63,037 bases of DNA, filler included, from Klebsormidium nitens (GCA_000708835.1; 7 parts of 7 records of this genome joined end to end with filler, not necessarily neighbours in it); one strand, 5' to 3'. Shown: positions 1 through 13,569, counted from the whole stretch's first letter. Numbers and translations are program-made. Notes: generated by a model not told the origin, from the letters alone.

Positions 1-997
1 ATGCGCGCGCGCGCACGCTCAGGACACGCTATGGCAAGGAGCCAATCTGGCGTGACAGCGGTCAACAAAATCCTGTCGAGAACGAGGTTAGGCTTAACCA
101 GTCGTAATCGTTACAGGGAGGCACCAGGGCGGATAGATAGATGGAGGCACCACGGAGAGGTAAACGCGTTGTATTTGAACGGCCTTCAGCAGTATTCAGA
201 GGGGAGCACAAGGAGGTGGGAAGACTTTAAGCTGTGCCAAGGGTCATTGACCACCCCAGCTTTGGGAAGAGCTGTGCTACCCTCACTTTCCGTGTTGTCG
301 CTGGGTGGCTCATGACCTGAGGTTCGAAGACTCCGGATGATCCTCGGCGGGAAAAGTCAGAGCCTTGGTTGAGCTTCTGACTCATCAGCAGCACATGCTT
401 CCTTGGTATCTGGAACGGTTTCAAGAACCTCGAAGATTCATGTGAGCTGCAGACAGCGTTCTTCTCAGGTCTCGCCAGAGTTTTTTTGTGATGGAGCACT
501 TTGTGCGACAGTCGTGGAGCTTGCAATGCCTGGTCAGCGCAACCTCGGGCCGCGTCGCTGCGGGCAGCCGAGGCTTAATTCGAGTGGTGGGCGCACCGGA
601 CGAGAACACGCTGCTGCAGGCAAGCATTCTTCCCAGTGAGCTGATTGTGTGGGCCACCTGTGTTGGGCGGGGGGGTGGAGGCAGGCTGTCGTGTTTAGTG
701 TCAGAGTTGTGCAAGAGGGTTTGTTAGTGTCTACTCTTCTGGTGATATGGCTCAGGGCGCTTCTTGCGGACCACAATTATTGTTTAGTAGTCTACACTCC
801 GTTGTGCAGAAAGTTGCGGTCCTTTGTGGTACACAACTGGCCAGGCAGATTCTCCAAGAGCCACGCGCGAAGTTGTTAGTTGAAAGGGTCCTTCCCAAAA
901 AGCCCTGTGTCAGAACCTGGTGGACCAAAATAGCGATGAGCGTCCAAAAAGTGTTATGATGTGTTGGTTGAATCCTCCTTATTTTGTGCACTTGCAG

Positions 998-3900
998 CGC
1001 TGGACACTGCAAGACTTGGTTCCCTCCCTGTCTGCCCATCACTTTGAAGAAGCCGTGGGGCAACTAGAGCGGGGCCAGAAGCAACTGGCGTCCTTCTCTG
1101 CATTCCTCAACACCTGGTCCATGGAGAAGGAGACAGAACTTGGAATTGGGGGCAAGCAAGCCGCCAGCTATCCTCAGGACGAGTCTATGAAGCAAGTAGA
1201 ATCGGGTGACAATGATGAAGCAAGAAGATTCACAAGCGCTCTGCGGGGCATGCCCGGCGACCGTCCCTCCAGTTCTCCTTGTAAGGAGTGCATTTGCCAT
1301 GGGTGCGGGGTGGTGATGTCAGCAGATGGTAGCAGGGCGGGCGTCACAGAGCTGGGACAGGAAGCGAGCAAGATGATGCTCGGGGATGCAGAGCGTCTGA
1401 ACTTAAACGGTTGCGGTGGGCCGACGCCTGGAGACACGGCCAGCTGGCGCATCCCCGTGTCTGTCGAGATGCAGACAGTGGAAATAAGTGGGGCCGGCGA
1501 ATACCCTCCTTCGATCCCGTCCCCCACAGACTCTGCACCAAGCAGTGCAGTGCCGAATGAGGAGGGGCTTACGGCCCAGCAGTTGCTGCTTGTCACGTTC
1601 TCGCGGGAGTCGCGCAATGCGCAACTAGAGGCGGAGCTAGCCGCTGCCAGAACGAAGGTGGCGGAGCTGGAGGGCCAGGTGGCCACGCTGAAGGCGCACC
1701 ACCAGTACACGCTGGACCTGCACCCGGACCTTATATTTGCCAAGGATAAGCAGGTTAGGGATCCTTTGGAGACGGCCAATGTCTTCTCCGCCCCATCGGT
1801 TGGTGCGGTTTCTGCCGCCTGCGCACTGAATTTGTCCAACCTCCTAAATCTTGACTGCTAGGTCTGCTGGGAGATGTGCTGTGCCGTTTCGTCGGTTGCT
1901 TCAAGTGACTCGTATGCACAAAGGAAGGTGTGGTGCCTTTCTTCTCTCTCTGAGACTGGGCTGCGGTCACTGCCTGTTCAAGTACCCATCTCTTGCACGT
2001 TATCCAGACGTCGGTTCTGCTTCCTTACCTTGTTCCAATCTGGCCGGCTGCGTGCCACTGTTGGATCTGCAAGTCGAACACTCTCTGACGTGGCCTAGGT
2101 TAAAGAGTGACGATAGACAAGCCTGCCCATTTCCGTCTGCTATTCCTGCAGCCCTCAGCTTCACAATGTCCCGCCCCTTGGACCGCTGGGCCCTGTTAGT
2201 CTTACTCAACGCTAAGACCGAGTACCAAATTTTGGATCATCCGTGGTGCCATTTGAGAACTGAGATGGCTGTTCTCTGGTGATTGCTGTCTAGCATCTTG
2301 AAGATTCTGGGTTTTGATTTCCTCTGCAGGGCCGCTTTGTGATGTGCAACAAGGCCCTGGGGGAGCTGTACGACACGGCGCCCGCGAAGCTCATCGGGGT
2401 TCTTCCTCACTCTGTGGTCCACGACCCCGCCAACCTGCCCAGCTACGCCGAAATGGCGCGCGACGAGCGGCGGGTGCTGGAGGAGGGGGTGCAGTCCGAG
2501 ATCCCGGAGCGGTTGTTTGTGGACCCCCAGGGCCGCGAGCGCTGGTTCCGAGCGTTCAAGCAGCCATACACGCTCCTCGACGGCTCGCAGGTGGGCGCTG
2601 TGTTTTCAAGAGCGATATAGTTCTTGCTTTGTTGTCTCAAAGGAATCACTCCGGAGGAATTGAGCACAAAAGGAAAGTGGATGGAGGATTGCAAATTGAG
2701 GGTACGGACAGAAGTTGCAAGCGTCCACCCACACTCATTTCGTTTGGAGAATGGCCAGATTGTGTTGTCAAATATCTGTGATTTTCGTAAAACGCGGATA
2801 TAAGTGTTTGATTGGGTTGTGATGCAACTTGCGCCCTAGGCAGCTTGCCTCCGTGAGAGAAATTCAGTGGCCGTTGGCCGAGTTTTCAAGCCTGGAAAAT
2901 ATCCTTTCGGATGTCCGTTTTCGAGATCGTAGCTGCTATGGAACAGCCCGCCTATTCAGCGTGAGCTTCGGAAGGATTGGTGCATCCTTCGTCGTTCTCA
3001 ACTGGTTTGGTGCGTCTCCAAGTAATCATCACCGGCTCGAAGTCTAAGAGAAGCCCCGTGTGTGCAGGCTGTCCTGGGAATAGCGACCAACATCACGGAA
3101 GTCAAGGTGGGTCTCTCTCCGCGTGTGCTTTCCCTTAGCATTAAAGTTGTGTGCCCCTCGGCGCTGCATCGGGTTTTGAGATATCACGGGGTGCTTCCGG
3201 TGAAGGGTGTATCGTGAAGGCACCTAAGGATGATTGCAGGACGTGTCAACATACGTTTGCGTCCCCTCCTTAAAGTTGACCAGAGACATCATTTGAGCTA
3301 ACAAGCCTGTCCTTGTGTAGCAGCATTTTCTTCCTCCATCTGTCGACCCTTGATACAAAAGCGGCCACTGCATATAAGAGGGCCGTATTCGTGCAGGATT
3401 CGCTGCGCGCGCTGCGGCACAGCGAGGCGCGGTACCGGACGCTGTTTGACGCTGCGGGCTTGGGCACTCTGATGGTGGCTATGTCGGAGTACCGGATCAG
3501 CGAATGCAGCAAGGGCACGTGTCACATGCTGGGCTACCCCGAGGAGCGCATCGTGGGCCACAAGTTCTGCGAGTTCATTGCCGACGAGGACCTCAAGTCG
3601 GCGCTGACGTCATGGGAGGCGTTTGCGCGGGGCGGCCACGGGGAGCGCTTCAAGCAGGAGCTGCGCTGCCGCAGGCACGACGGCAGCCTGCTCTGGACGC
3701 GCATCACCATCACCATGTGCGTCTCCGAGGACCTGCCGGGGTGAGGGCCACCATCCGGGAAACGCACGGGCCCCCCGCTTGTTCAGGAGATGGTTGCGTT
3801 GTTACTGCGCTCGAGCAGATTTGGAGATTCGTTCAGATGAGCCGCTAGCAGGGTGCGTGGGGTCAAGCACTTGCATGTCGTGGTGTGCTTGGCCAAACTA

Positions 3901-6900
3901 GGACAGGGAGAAGGATCAGCGAGGGTGTGTACAAGACTTTTGCACGAGATTCTCGCATGGGCTGTGCTCCGGGTCTCAGTTTCAAGCACGTGCGCACGGC
4001 GCCTGTCTCATGGATGTCTTTGGACATCTAAGCTTAGAAAGAGGACACCGTGCGACATGTCGGACGGAGAAACGGTGCATTACTCGAGTGACACGTTTCA
4101 CCTCTGCGCAGGTACGCAGTGTTCCTGATCGAGGACATCCGCGAGAGCCGGCTGGTGCAGGAGCTGACGCTGGCCGCCGCGGAGCGGCTGCGCGCGGCCA
4201 AGGAGGCGGCGGAGGCGGCGAACCAGGCGAAGAGCCAGTTCCTGTCCAACTGCAGCCACGAGATCCGCACGCCCATGAACGGGGTCATCGGCGTTGCGGA
4301 ACTGTTGCTGGCCACGCAGCTGACGCCGGAGCAGAAGATGTACGCGGATACGATCCGCAGCAGCGGCGATTTCCTGCTCAACCTCATCAACGACATCCTC
4401 GACTTCGCCAAGGTGGGCCTTCGCGAGATCGGTCAGGAGTGTGCACAACCATGCGAGACGCTTCGCGAGTTTGGGGGCAGTTTCCATTGTAGTCAAGGTT
4501 GTGGCAAGAGAAATCCGACTGTTCACTCCGTTGATGTATTACTCTTCGTTGGAAACTGGTGCATATCTCCGCTCGTAAGCAATCTCCTTCAAAGCTTTAG
4601 CGTCTGGGGGACCGCAAAATAACTAGAGATTTACTCGACCGGCTCGGAAGGTCTAGCTTCGCGCCCCTCGTTTCGACATTCGCTGCGCGCTTCTTCAATT
4701 CTTCACTTCTGGGAGGAGCCTGCTTCTGCAGCGCCTGGTCAAGTCCGGTCTGTATTGCTGCGATTGGCCACCAACGGTTGACCGCGGCGCCCCATCCCGT
4801 GCTTGCGCAGATCGAGGCGCGCAACATCGGGCTGGAGAGCGTGCCGTTTGCGCTGCGCGAGGAGGTCGGGCAGTCGCTCGCGCTGCTGCAGAAGGGCGCG
4901 CGCGAGAAGGGCCTGCAGCTGAGCTGCCACGTCAGCGACGGCGTGCCCGGTCGCGTGGTGGGGGATCCCCTGCGCCTGCGGCAGGTGCTGCTGAACCTGG
5001 TGGGGAACGCGCTCAAGTTCACGCACGCGGGCTCCATCAAAGTCAACGTCAAAATGGCCGACGAGATGGACGACGACCCGCTCTCTCGCGGGTCCGGGGA
5101 CGAGGTGGTCGCGGGAAGTGCGGCGGAGTCTCAGTCGGATTGCACAGAAAAAGAAGGGGTGTGTTTAGAACGCGGCGGGGTTGGCGGCGCGCTCGACGAG
5201 CAACGTAGTGATTGCAGCAGTAATGGTGTGCACGGGGCTGATGACCAAAGAAAGGCAGAACCTGGGGAGCGGAACGACCATAGCAGTAACGGATCACCTG
5301 GTTGTGGCGACGGGGCGACACAGAATCGCGACAATGGAAATGAGGACGATTGCCGGGGTCCATCCGACGGTCTGACTGATGAATGCTCCAGCAGTGGTAG
5401 GAACGAAGCGGGCGAGTGCGGGAGCGAGCCGGGGAGCGAGGACGACGGCGGGTGCGGCAGCAGCGCGGGCAGCAGTCCGATCTCGCCGCTGCGCGCGGGC
5501 CTGCCGGCGCGGCTGGTGCAGGTGGAGGTGCGGGACACCGGGATCGGGGTGCCCGACGAGGCGCGCTCCAGGATCTTCAAGGCGTTCATGCAGGCAGACA
5601 GCTCCACCTCGCGGCGATACGGTGAGGGCGCGCGGGCCTGTCAGGGCGGCCGTGCAACAGGGCTGATGACGCTCTTGCTTGCGAGCGAAAACGCAAGATG
5701 TTCTGGGCTTCTTTCAGAGGACTTGTGCCGCGTAGTGCAAGGCTAAGGGAAAATGTCCACAGGTTTGCAGAGCAGCAGCATATGTGAAGTCCCAAAATGA
5801 CGCGTAATCAAGTGTGTAGAGATTATATATCGCGAGCCGTCAGTCCCGTCGTACTCGTGGAAATGGTGGCACTGAGATCAACCCGCATGCATTCGAGGCT
5901 GCGAACGAACAGGGGCATGCCGCCCAGCAGACGCTGCGTCGTTCTTGTTCTCCCCGTCTCAGCGCGTGTTCTTCCCTGTGCAGGCGGCACGGGACTGGGC
6001 CTGTGCATCTGCCGTAGCATCGTGGCTGAAATGGGTGGCCGCATTTGGATGACCAGCAAGCTGGGTGCTGGCTCGTCCTTCTTCTTCACAGTGCGCCTCG
6101 CTGTGCTCGACCACGCGCCCGCGCGCCCGCAGGTCAGCCGCGCCGCCACGCGTCACCTCTAAAAAAAGCTGCAATAAGCTCTAGGTAGAAGAAGTACAAG
6201 CTTCATGTAGGAAAAAGAGACCCGAGAATGGCATCCGCGCTGCGCACCTGCAAACCTTCATACTTACCTCACTGGTCTCAGGGAGTTGGCCTTGTTGTAA
6301 GTTTTGCTTGTAAGAGTATTCTAGAAGACCCATTCGGCACCACTCCGCGCCTTGGGCTTCAAGGCTGCCCCGCTTCGACTCGCGCCAGATCGAGGCCCGG
6401 GCTTACTTCCGGGGTGCTTAAAACATGAGCATCCTCTCCTTTCGTGCGTATTTGGCTTCGATTCGGCTTTGTAGCGAACTCACCCGCTTGTTAGATTCCC
6501 GACAGAGGCAGCAAGTCTGTCGATGCCGGCGTGACCCGCGCACTATGCCAGCTGGTTGTGTCGCCATCACGGTGCATTCCACGGCTTGGCTTCGACTTCG
6601 GCCAGCTCATCATGCCCTCAACCGGTCCCTATGCAGGAATCAAAGGGCACCAGCTCCCCGCGTGCTTTCATCCCCGCTTCCCCGCTGCCGCCGCCCTCCA
6701 AGCCGCTCCTCGAGGCGACCACCCTGGCGGGCCTCCACGTACTGGTCGCCGAGGTGAGGGCTCCTCAACACTGGGCGTTGCGGGCCTCATACCAGGCGGC
6801 GCTCTTGGACACTGAACCTTTGCTCCTTTCGATACACACACCCGCAACATACGAGGCCGCTCATGGTGCTAGTACGGGCTTATGTCTCTCAGTCTTCCGA

Positions 6901-8696
6901 ATTACGACCAGGTCTGCAGCCTCCGAAAGGTTACCTGCTCTGTTCTTGCTGTTGCGTCGTTTTTTGAAGCCGCTACGGTGCGCCCTGATCTCTTTTCCGT
7001 ACCGAAATACTGCAAGGCACTTCTTACTAGCACATGTAAGAGATCAAAAGATACCCCGATGTTGTTCTTGTCTCCCCTCTCCTCAAGTTTCCACCCTCTT
7101 CGAACAAAAAAAGATAGGGATACGATGTATTCAGAGAACGACGCTCTGTCAATTCCGCGATGCTGACTCGGCCTGCTGCGCGCGTGCAGGACAACCGCGT
7201 GAACCAGATGGTGGCCGCCCGCATCTTGCGCAGCCTGGGCTGCACCTTCGAGCTGGTGGACGACGGTCACAAGGCCGCCGCGGCCGCGCGCCGCGGCCGC
7301 TTCGCGGTCATCCTCATGGACTGCCACATGCCGGACATGGTGAGCCGCCGCCAGCAGCCGGAGTATGTGCACACAAGCCAGATTGGAGCAATGGTTGCAC
7401 TAAATCAGATGCCTTGGGGAGAAGCAGCCTGGTTCTGAAAAGTAGAAGTTGGCGTTTGTTGGGCTTTTCGTGTCGGTGACAATGAAAGGGTCGAGTAAAG
7501 AGCAGCCTATTCTGGTTTAGCACCTGGCGGGCGGTGCTTGTTGTGCCGCTCGTTTGGTCCATCATTACACTCCAAAAGGGTCGAGTGCATCCAATCATAA
7601 GCGCAGCATCCGTATGGATGTCTGCTGGAGGCCGGCGCGAGAAGTACAATTGGGTCTCAGGATTTGTGCCTGAATCCGCGGGACATCCAAACCGCTTCTT
7701 TCTCCGTGTACCTCGGATCTCGACGGGATATATGCATTTTCCTTCCCTTTAAATTGATTTTTGGAAAGGGTGACACCGAAAAGTGCACCGTGATCACCTT
7801 GCACTTCCTCGATCACTTCGGCTGCAACGTACTATCCGCAGTAGGCTCCTCCAATCTTTCTCGGCAGCCTAAGCCTCGGAGCCAGCTGTCCATATCGCCC
7901 CGAGCGGCCGACAGCTCACCGCTTTTCTGCCTCTAGAACGCATGGAGGGAATAGTTGGTGCTAACAGGTCGCATGTTTGTGTACGCAGGACGGGTTTGAG
8001 GCGACGCGCCTGATCCGAGCGGAGGAGCACTGGCGCGGGCGGCGCCACCTCATCGTGGCGCTCACGGCGTCCGCGCTCGAGGAGGACCAGCGCAAGTGCG
8101 CCAAAGCAGGTCAGGCCGCGCGCGCTGTTTGTTTTGCACCCTTTCCGCATGCGCACAGAGATCTGGGTACTCTTTGAATGTTGGAGGAGAGGAAGTACAG
8201 CCTGTTTCTAAGAAGCGAGAATTGTGAGACAGGTCCCGGTAATTGAGAAGTTGTCAGACAAATGATGTAAGCACTCCAGCTCGCCTTGACCCATCAGGAG
8301 AAATCTGCACGGTCGGACATGGGATGATCGACGAAATGCTCACCGTTGCTATCCACGATTGTCACAGACTGTCCAATCGGATGGTGGTTTCACGCTATTC
8401 TCTTATGGGCAAACCTGGACCGGTTTGGAGATTTGTGTCCCTAGAATTGTTTGAAATCTCATGGACACTACAGCAACAGCTGAAAGGCTGTTGGTCTCCT
8501 GCAAGGTTTCCTTGTCCCCAAGCCTGTTCTGAGCTCTGCTTTGAGCTGGTGGTTGAGGTCTGTTGTCCGTTGAGCAAGTGCTTACCGCCCACCTTTTTGA
8601 TATTTTGCAGGGATGGACTCGTTCCTGAGCAAGTCGGTGCGTCCAAATGATATCCGGGCGGCAATTGAGGCGCACCTCCGACCGGCCCCGCAGTAG
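998..8696 (+). CDS. Soluble hybrid histidine kinase (PAS-PAS-HisKA-HATPase-REC), multi-exon; 5' end uncertain
   Basis: GT-AG exons join in frame: 998-1753, 2330-2590, 3068-3106, 3397-3740, 4112-4412, 4811-5621, 5984-6132, 6637-6753, 7190-7339, 7989-8109, 8611-8696 (TAG). PAS1 [10 protein letters not shown]|[14 protein letters not shown]...[10 protein letters not shown]; PAS2 [10 protein letters not shown]...[11 protein letters not shown]...RRHDGSLLW; H-box [15 protein letters not shown]; N-box [16 protein letters not shown]; G1 DTGIG, G2 GGTGLGL; receiver VAE|DN...[10 protein letters not shown]|DG...ALTA...FLSK. No transmembrane segment seen. Further upstream exons possible. Confidence 0.93.
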
Positions 8697-9172
8697 TCAT
8701 CTCAGCGACTGCCCGCTAAGCGGCCACGCTGCGTCATTCTAGCCGGAAACGGGTTGGACGGCGATCGTAGAAGAGTTGCGCTCGCTGTGACGAGCAGAGA
8801 TCGCTCCGCAACGGAGGGTGATGCTTGGCTTTTGTACCTGATCAGAATAAGTTGAGACGGTTGTAGAATCAGCTCGCACAGTGGCATACATAGGATTCAG
8901 GAAGTCAATTGGGGATCATTGGGTTTCACGTTATCCACAGAATCTAGTTCGGGTAGGAGACTCAACCAGGTTACAATGTCAATTAGAGACAGTCGCTGTT
9001 TTATGATCAGATGTCAAGGTTGGAACCTTTCGACGTCATCAGGTTAGCAGATTCAGGTATCGGTGTATTGCCAAAACTCGTACAACTTGGATCAGCCTCT
9101 TTCCGTTTCTAGATTCGAAGCTGATTGGCTTCTATTTCCAACTATCAGTACGGTAGCCTGCTACTATCCTGC

Positions 9173-9220
9173 ATGCCATGGAAGCCTATGGCCCGTGTGG
9201 CTATGGCGTTTGAAAAGAGA
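9173..9220 (+). repeat. Dispersed repeat copy 1 (partner at 21563-21610)
   Basis: atgccatggaagcctatggcccgtgtggctatggcgtttgaaaagaga; 42/48 identical to the partner by manual alignment. Confidence 0.8.
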
Positions 9221-10009
9221 AACATTATCAATCGTTTAGCTTTGTACACAAGGAGTTCATGCAAAAATGCATACCTATGGGGCATGTTGCCTTGCAAGTA
9301 GAAAAAAGTCGGTACATACCGTACTACATAGCCTAATTACGCAATGTATATATCCGTATCAGTCAACAAATTCAGTGGGATCAAGGGTTGCGCCGGCAGT
9401 TGTTGATCTCTCTTCCTTCCAGATAAATGACCCGCAATTGCGCACCTGACCATCTTCAGCTAGAGACAGGATGATCTCAGGATGATGATTTCGTTGGGAG
9501 TGATCGAGCTGCTGGGACCTACAGACTACAGCAGGTGTCAACTTTGTCCTCAAATCCAGGTCCGCCGAGGCTTCCCCGGTCTAGGAGTACTACCGGTTAC
9601 CGGTAGTGCTCTAGAGTCTACGCTTGGCCCCGGTCGAGGGCTGCGGGCCAGATACTGCCGGAAGTAAAGATATGCAGGCCGTTGGATCATCAATGGATGT
9701 ACATCGCAAGGCAGATAGTCCAACTGAAATTGAACTCACCGGGTACCCATACCAGTACACAGTGGTACAACCGTACATACGCAGTACACTTCGAAGGAGG
9801 GCACTGGGCGGGCTGAGCCGGAGGCGATTCAATCCAAATTGCACGTTGGGAGAGCTTGCATCCAGGGCGTGTGCAAGGTATTTGTTTGAGAGCAGCCTTT
9901 AGGCCTGTGGCAGCCTGCCTGCTTCGAGCCTCCCGGCCAGGCTCCCTGGGGATCCCTCTCGCAAGATGCGAGGCATTCTTGGAGGAATCTGACGTGAATA
10001 CATCTCGGT

Positions 10010-13000
10010 ATGTCCGCCCCAAACGTGCCTGAGCTGGGCACAGGACACGAAGACCTCGAGTCTGATCCGGAGAGGTCTTCGTTTCCTTACAAAGAAAAAG
10101 CAGTGCCTCGGGTGAAGTATGCTGCAGATGGAAAGGGCAGAGTCCTTGCTTGGACTTTCTCTGTCGCTGTTGTGTTCAGCATAGTTACGTTGATCTCCAG
10201 ATCTCAGGCGCGGTTCTCCAATTATGTCCCCAGCCTGTTCTTGCCGGCGCAAGCTGTGGAGCAGTGCCCGGACTGGTTCGCTGCAGTGGCCGACGAGTTC
10301 TCCCCCTGGAAGGTGACGCCTTGGACTGCCAAGAGCACACACTGAAAATGCGACAGTGGTTGTTAGCACGCCTCTGTTTCTTCTCTAGCTTCATTGCTTG
10401 CAGTTCCTACGGTGTTGAGAGTAAAATATGAGATTTCGTCCTTGTCTGAGTAGGCTGGTGGTAAGACTGGCTGAGCTGACCCAGAAAGTGACTGCTTGCA
10501 CATTTGCCCCCCAGACCAGTGCCTTCTTCTGATCAGCAGATCTTTCGCTGCAATGAAGATGAGCACCATATCTGACAGTCTCCTCTGGGAAATTGCATCA
10601 ATCCTTTTTGATGCGCTGTTCTTCTGAGGCAATCCTCGGTCTTGCTTGCCAGGAGAAGGGGGGAATTGACCTCGCCGACGTGGAGGCGGCACAGCCAATG
10701 GCGTCCAGTCGCTTTCAGATCATCAATGGCTCTCTCTATGCGGAGGACTTCAAGGGGTGCTGGCAGGTGAGGCTGCGCGGGGCGCCCGTGTGGATACGTA
10801 ATCATGCCTTGATAGAGGAGCCTGCTCAATCATTGGTGTCATAAGTCTCCACTTTTTGCACTTGAAAGAAAACAAAAGGGCATCAGATTGACTTTCGGGT
10901 GACTTCTCCTGAGCGTTCCCAGGACTCGGCTGTCTCATCACAAATACTTTCCAACGCATGCTATGGACCAACCCCTGGCCCCTCCCCTGTGCAGACCCGG
11001 AAGCGGTACAGCATGTGGGGCCTGCTGATGTTCCTGCGCCACTTTGGCGATGTTGTGCCGGACGTGGACTTCATGTTTGACTGCGGGGACATGCCCCAGG
11101 CCCGCCGGAGCCCCCACCCCAGTGATCCAATCCCTGCGCTCTGGGGGTATAACAGACAAGAGGAGAGCATCGACCTCACGCTGCCGGACTGGTCGTTCTG
11201 GGGGTGGCCGGAAGTGGAGATCACGCGCTGGGAGGAGCACGGCCAGAAGATCATGGATGCGGGGAGGACATTCGCGGACTGGGAGGAGCGGAAAGCCACG
11301 GTGCGGAGCCCTGGTCCAGCTTCGCTGTTTAAGCACGTGCTTCGCTTGCTTCTTGTTTGACAGTGGTGGGTGATACAATTCACTTGTGTTTAGCCAAGGA
11401 GTCGTGTCGCATGGCCCAAGTTTGGGAAGGGCCCGCACCGAGTGCTGTCACACACTTGGCACCTAGTTAAGGGGGACACTGAGGGCATGAAGCCATTGGG
11501 AGTTGAACACTGGGCAGGGAGCAAAGTTTAGCCTGCCCCTTTCCCCATGCTGCTGTGGCCTTCCTTGCTGGTTCTGGGGGATCCCTGTCACTCCTATTTT
11601 CCTGTTACCTGCCACATCCATTGTCATCAGCCCACACTTTCACTACAACCACGCAAATGCCTCTCTTTCCATGGCTGATGTGCTGTGCGCTCCTGCCAGG
11701 CGTTTTGGAAGGGCGCCCTGGATGTGACTGCGGGGCTCACTGCGGGGCTGCGCGCCAATCTGACCGCCTGCACCGCGGATCCGGCCAATGGGGTGGAGGC
11801 ATACGGAAAAGACTGGCGGGCGGGAGGGTTCAGCGACACGCGCCAGTGGGAGCAGTGCGGCTGGAGGTGAGGCGCCGTCACAAGATAGGAAAGGGACTCG
11901 CAGCTTCATCTGCACATCGCAACTCTTTCGGCTTGACATTTCCTTGACGGTCCAGCTCCATTTGGGCTCCTGCAGTCGCCGGCTTGCATCGTAACTATGG
12001 TATGGCAGACGCTGTCCACGTTATTGATTTTAGCCCGACACTCAAGACGATGTTAAAAGTCGGGGGGACATGACGTGCTTGGGGGTCAGGAGTTTAGCAA
12101 AGCGCTCGGAGCATCGCTATGATTTGCAGTGTCAAACCTGGCTTGTTTGAAGCGGTTCCTTTCGAGCTTTTGGTGTTTACCCTCGGAGCACAGAAAACAC
12201 TGCGTGTAGAGGTTTTCAATACGCTACGAACGCAGCTTGTGGCATGATCTCTCCGGCCCGAACCACAACGTCAAAGGCCCCCGCGCGTGGGTGTTGTCGC
12301 GCAGGTACCGCATTTACGCGGAGGGCTTTGCGTGGAGCGTGAGCATGAAGTACGGCATGGCGTGCGGCGCAGTCATGCTGGTCATCGACCCCTTCTTCGC
12401 CGCCTTCTACCACCCCGGCCTGGCCTATGGCACCAACGCGCTGCTCGTGCGCCGCGTGCCCCTCTGCGAGTCCTTCCGGGAACAGGTGCGCCGGCGGATT
12501 ACGAATGGCATCTCCTTCAGATTCTTTTCGACTCGTGTCTCCTTCCTTCTTGATGAGAGGAAGAGTCATTTGAGCGACTTGTTGTGTAAAGGTTGCGTTG
12601 TGTCGGGTTAAGTTGGAACGGCCTGACGTTTGCTGGATGGCAAGGCGAGCTTACGGGTTGCAAAACGCTTTGCCATGAGACCGCACTAAGGAGACTGGTG
12701 TAAGGAGAGACTCTGAGCTCGCCGCTCAGCAGACACCTAGACTTCGAAGCCTCCTGACATGTTCCTCTATCCGACAGTTGTTGTCATCAGCCCCGGCTGC
12801 TCGGTTGGTTGTGCGGCTGGCGGCTGAATGAGACGGCCTCTCGTGGTTTGCACCGCACTGCTTCTTGGAGTCCTTTCGAGATCACATCTGACCTAGGCAG
12901 AGCACATCTTGTGCTGTTGTTCTGAGGACGAGACCTGCTTTCATCTCATGTAGAAGATTGATTGTGATAACTGGAGGTGTCGTCTTTCAGTTCATGCTCT

Positions 13001-13569
13001 TCCCACTGCGTTCGCTCCCAAATGTGAGCCGCCGTTTCTTGGTTGCAGATCACATGGGCGAACGCGCACCCTGCGGAAGCAGAGGCTATTGGGCGGGCGG
13101 GGCTGCGGTTTGTTGAGGAGGACCTGAGCATGCGCCACGTGTACGACTACATGCTGCACAAGTTTGAGCTGTATGCGCAGCTGCAGGTAAGGGACCCCAG
13201 CAAAAACTTGTTGTTTTAAATCCAATATGTTTTATTCAAACCCCTTAGCGGCACCTTGCTTGTTGTTTGTACCCGCAGTTTTCCCCCTTTGCGCGTTGTT
13301 TTGAAATGAGATGGTATATTTTTCATGTGTCCAAGCAAAATCTTGGGACTTTGTCCCTCCAAAAAAGGCAGGGTGAATTTGGTCTCACGACCCTGTTACT
13401 GAGGCCTGCTTGCGATGTGCAGACATTCACTCCCATGCGGGGAGAGCGCTCCGTGCTTGTGACTGAGGCCGATATCCTGCGGGAGGCATCGGAAATTGAG
13501 CCGGGCAAGTACCTGGTCGAGGAGGTCCCGTTACGCGGCAGGCCAGCGTGCCGTATGCATGCGCAGTGA
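10010..13569 (+). CDS. Glycosyltransferase family 90 (CAP10/rumi-like, plant type), type II membrane protein, 7 exons
   Basis: Exons 10010-10312, 10653-10766, 10995-11300, 11700-11866, 12305-12485, 13049-13186, 13423-13569. N-terminal TM (VLAWTFSVAVVFSIVTLI); motifs CPDWF...PW, PDVDFMFDCGDMP, PDWSFWGWPE, AFWKG, YRIYAEGFAWSVSMKY, LSMRHVYDYM typical of plant GT90 proteins. Confidence 0.88.

Noticed and set aside
998-8696. Bacterial contamination suggested by the bacterial-like PAS kinase
   Set aside because: Domains are split by ten canonical GT-AG introns with consistent phases.
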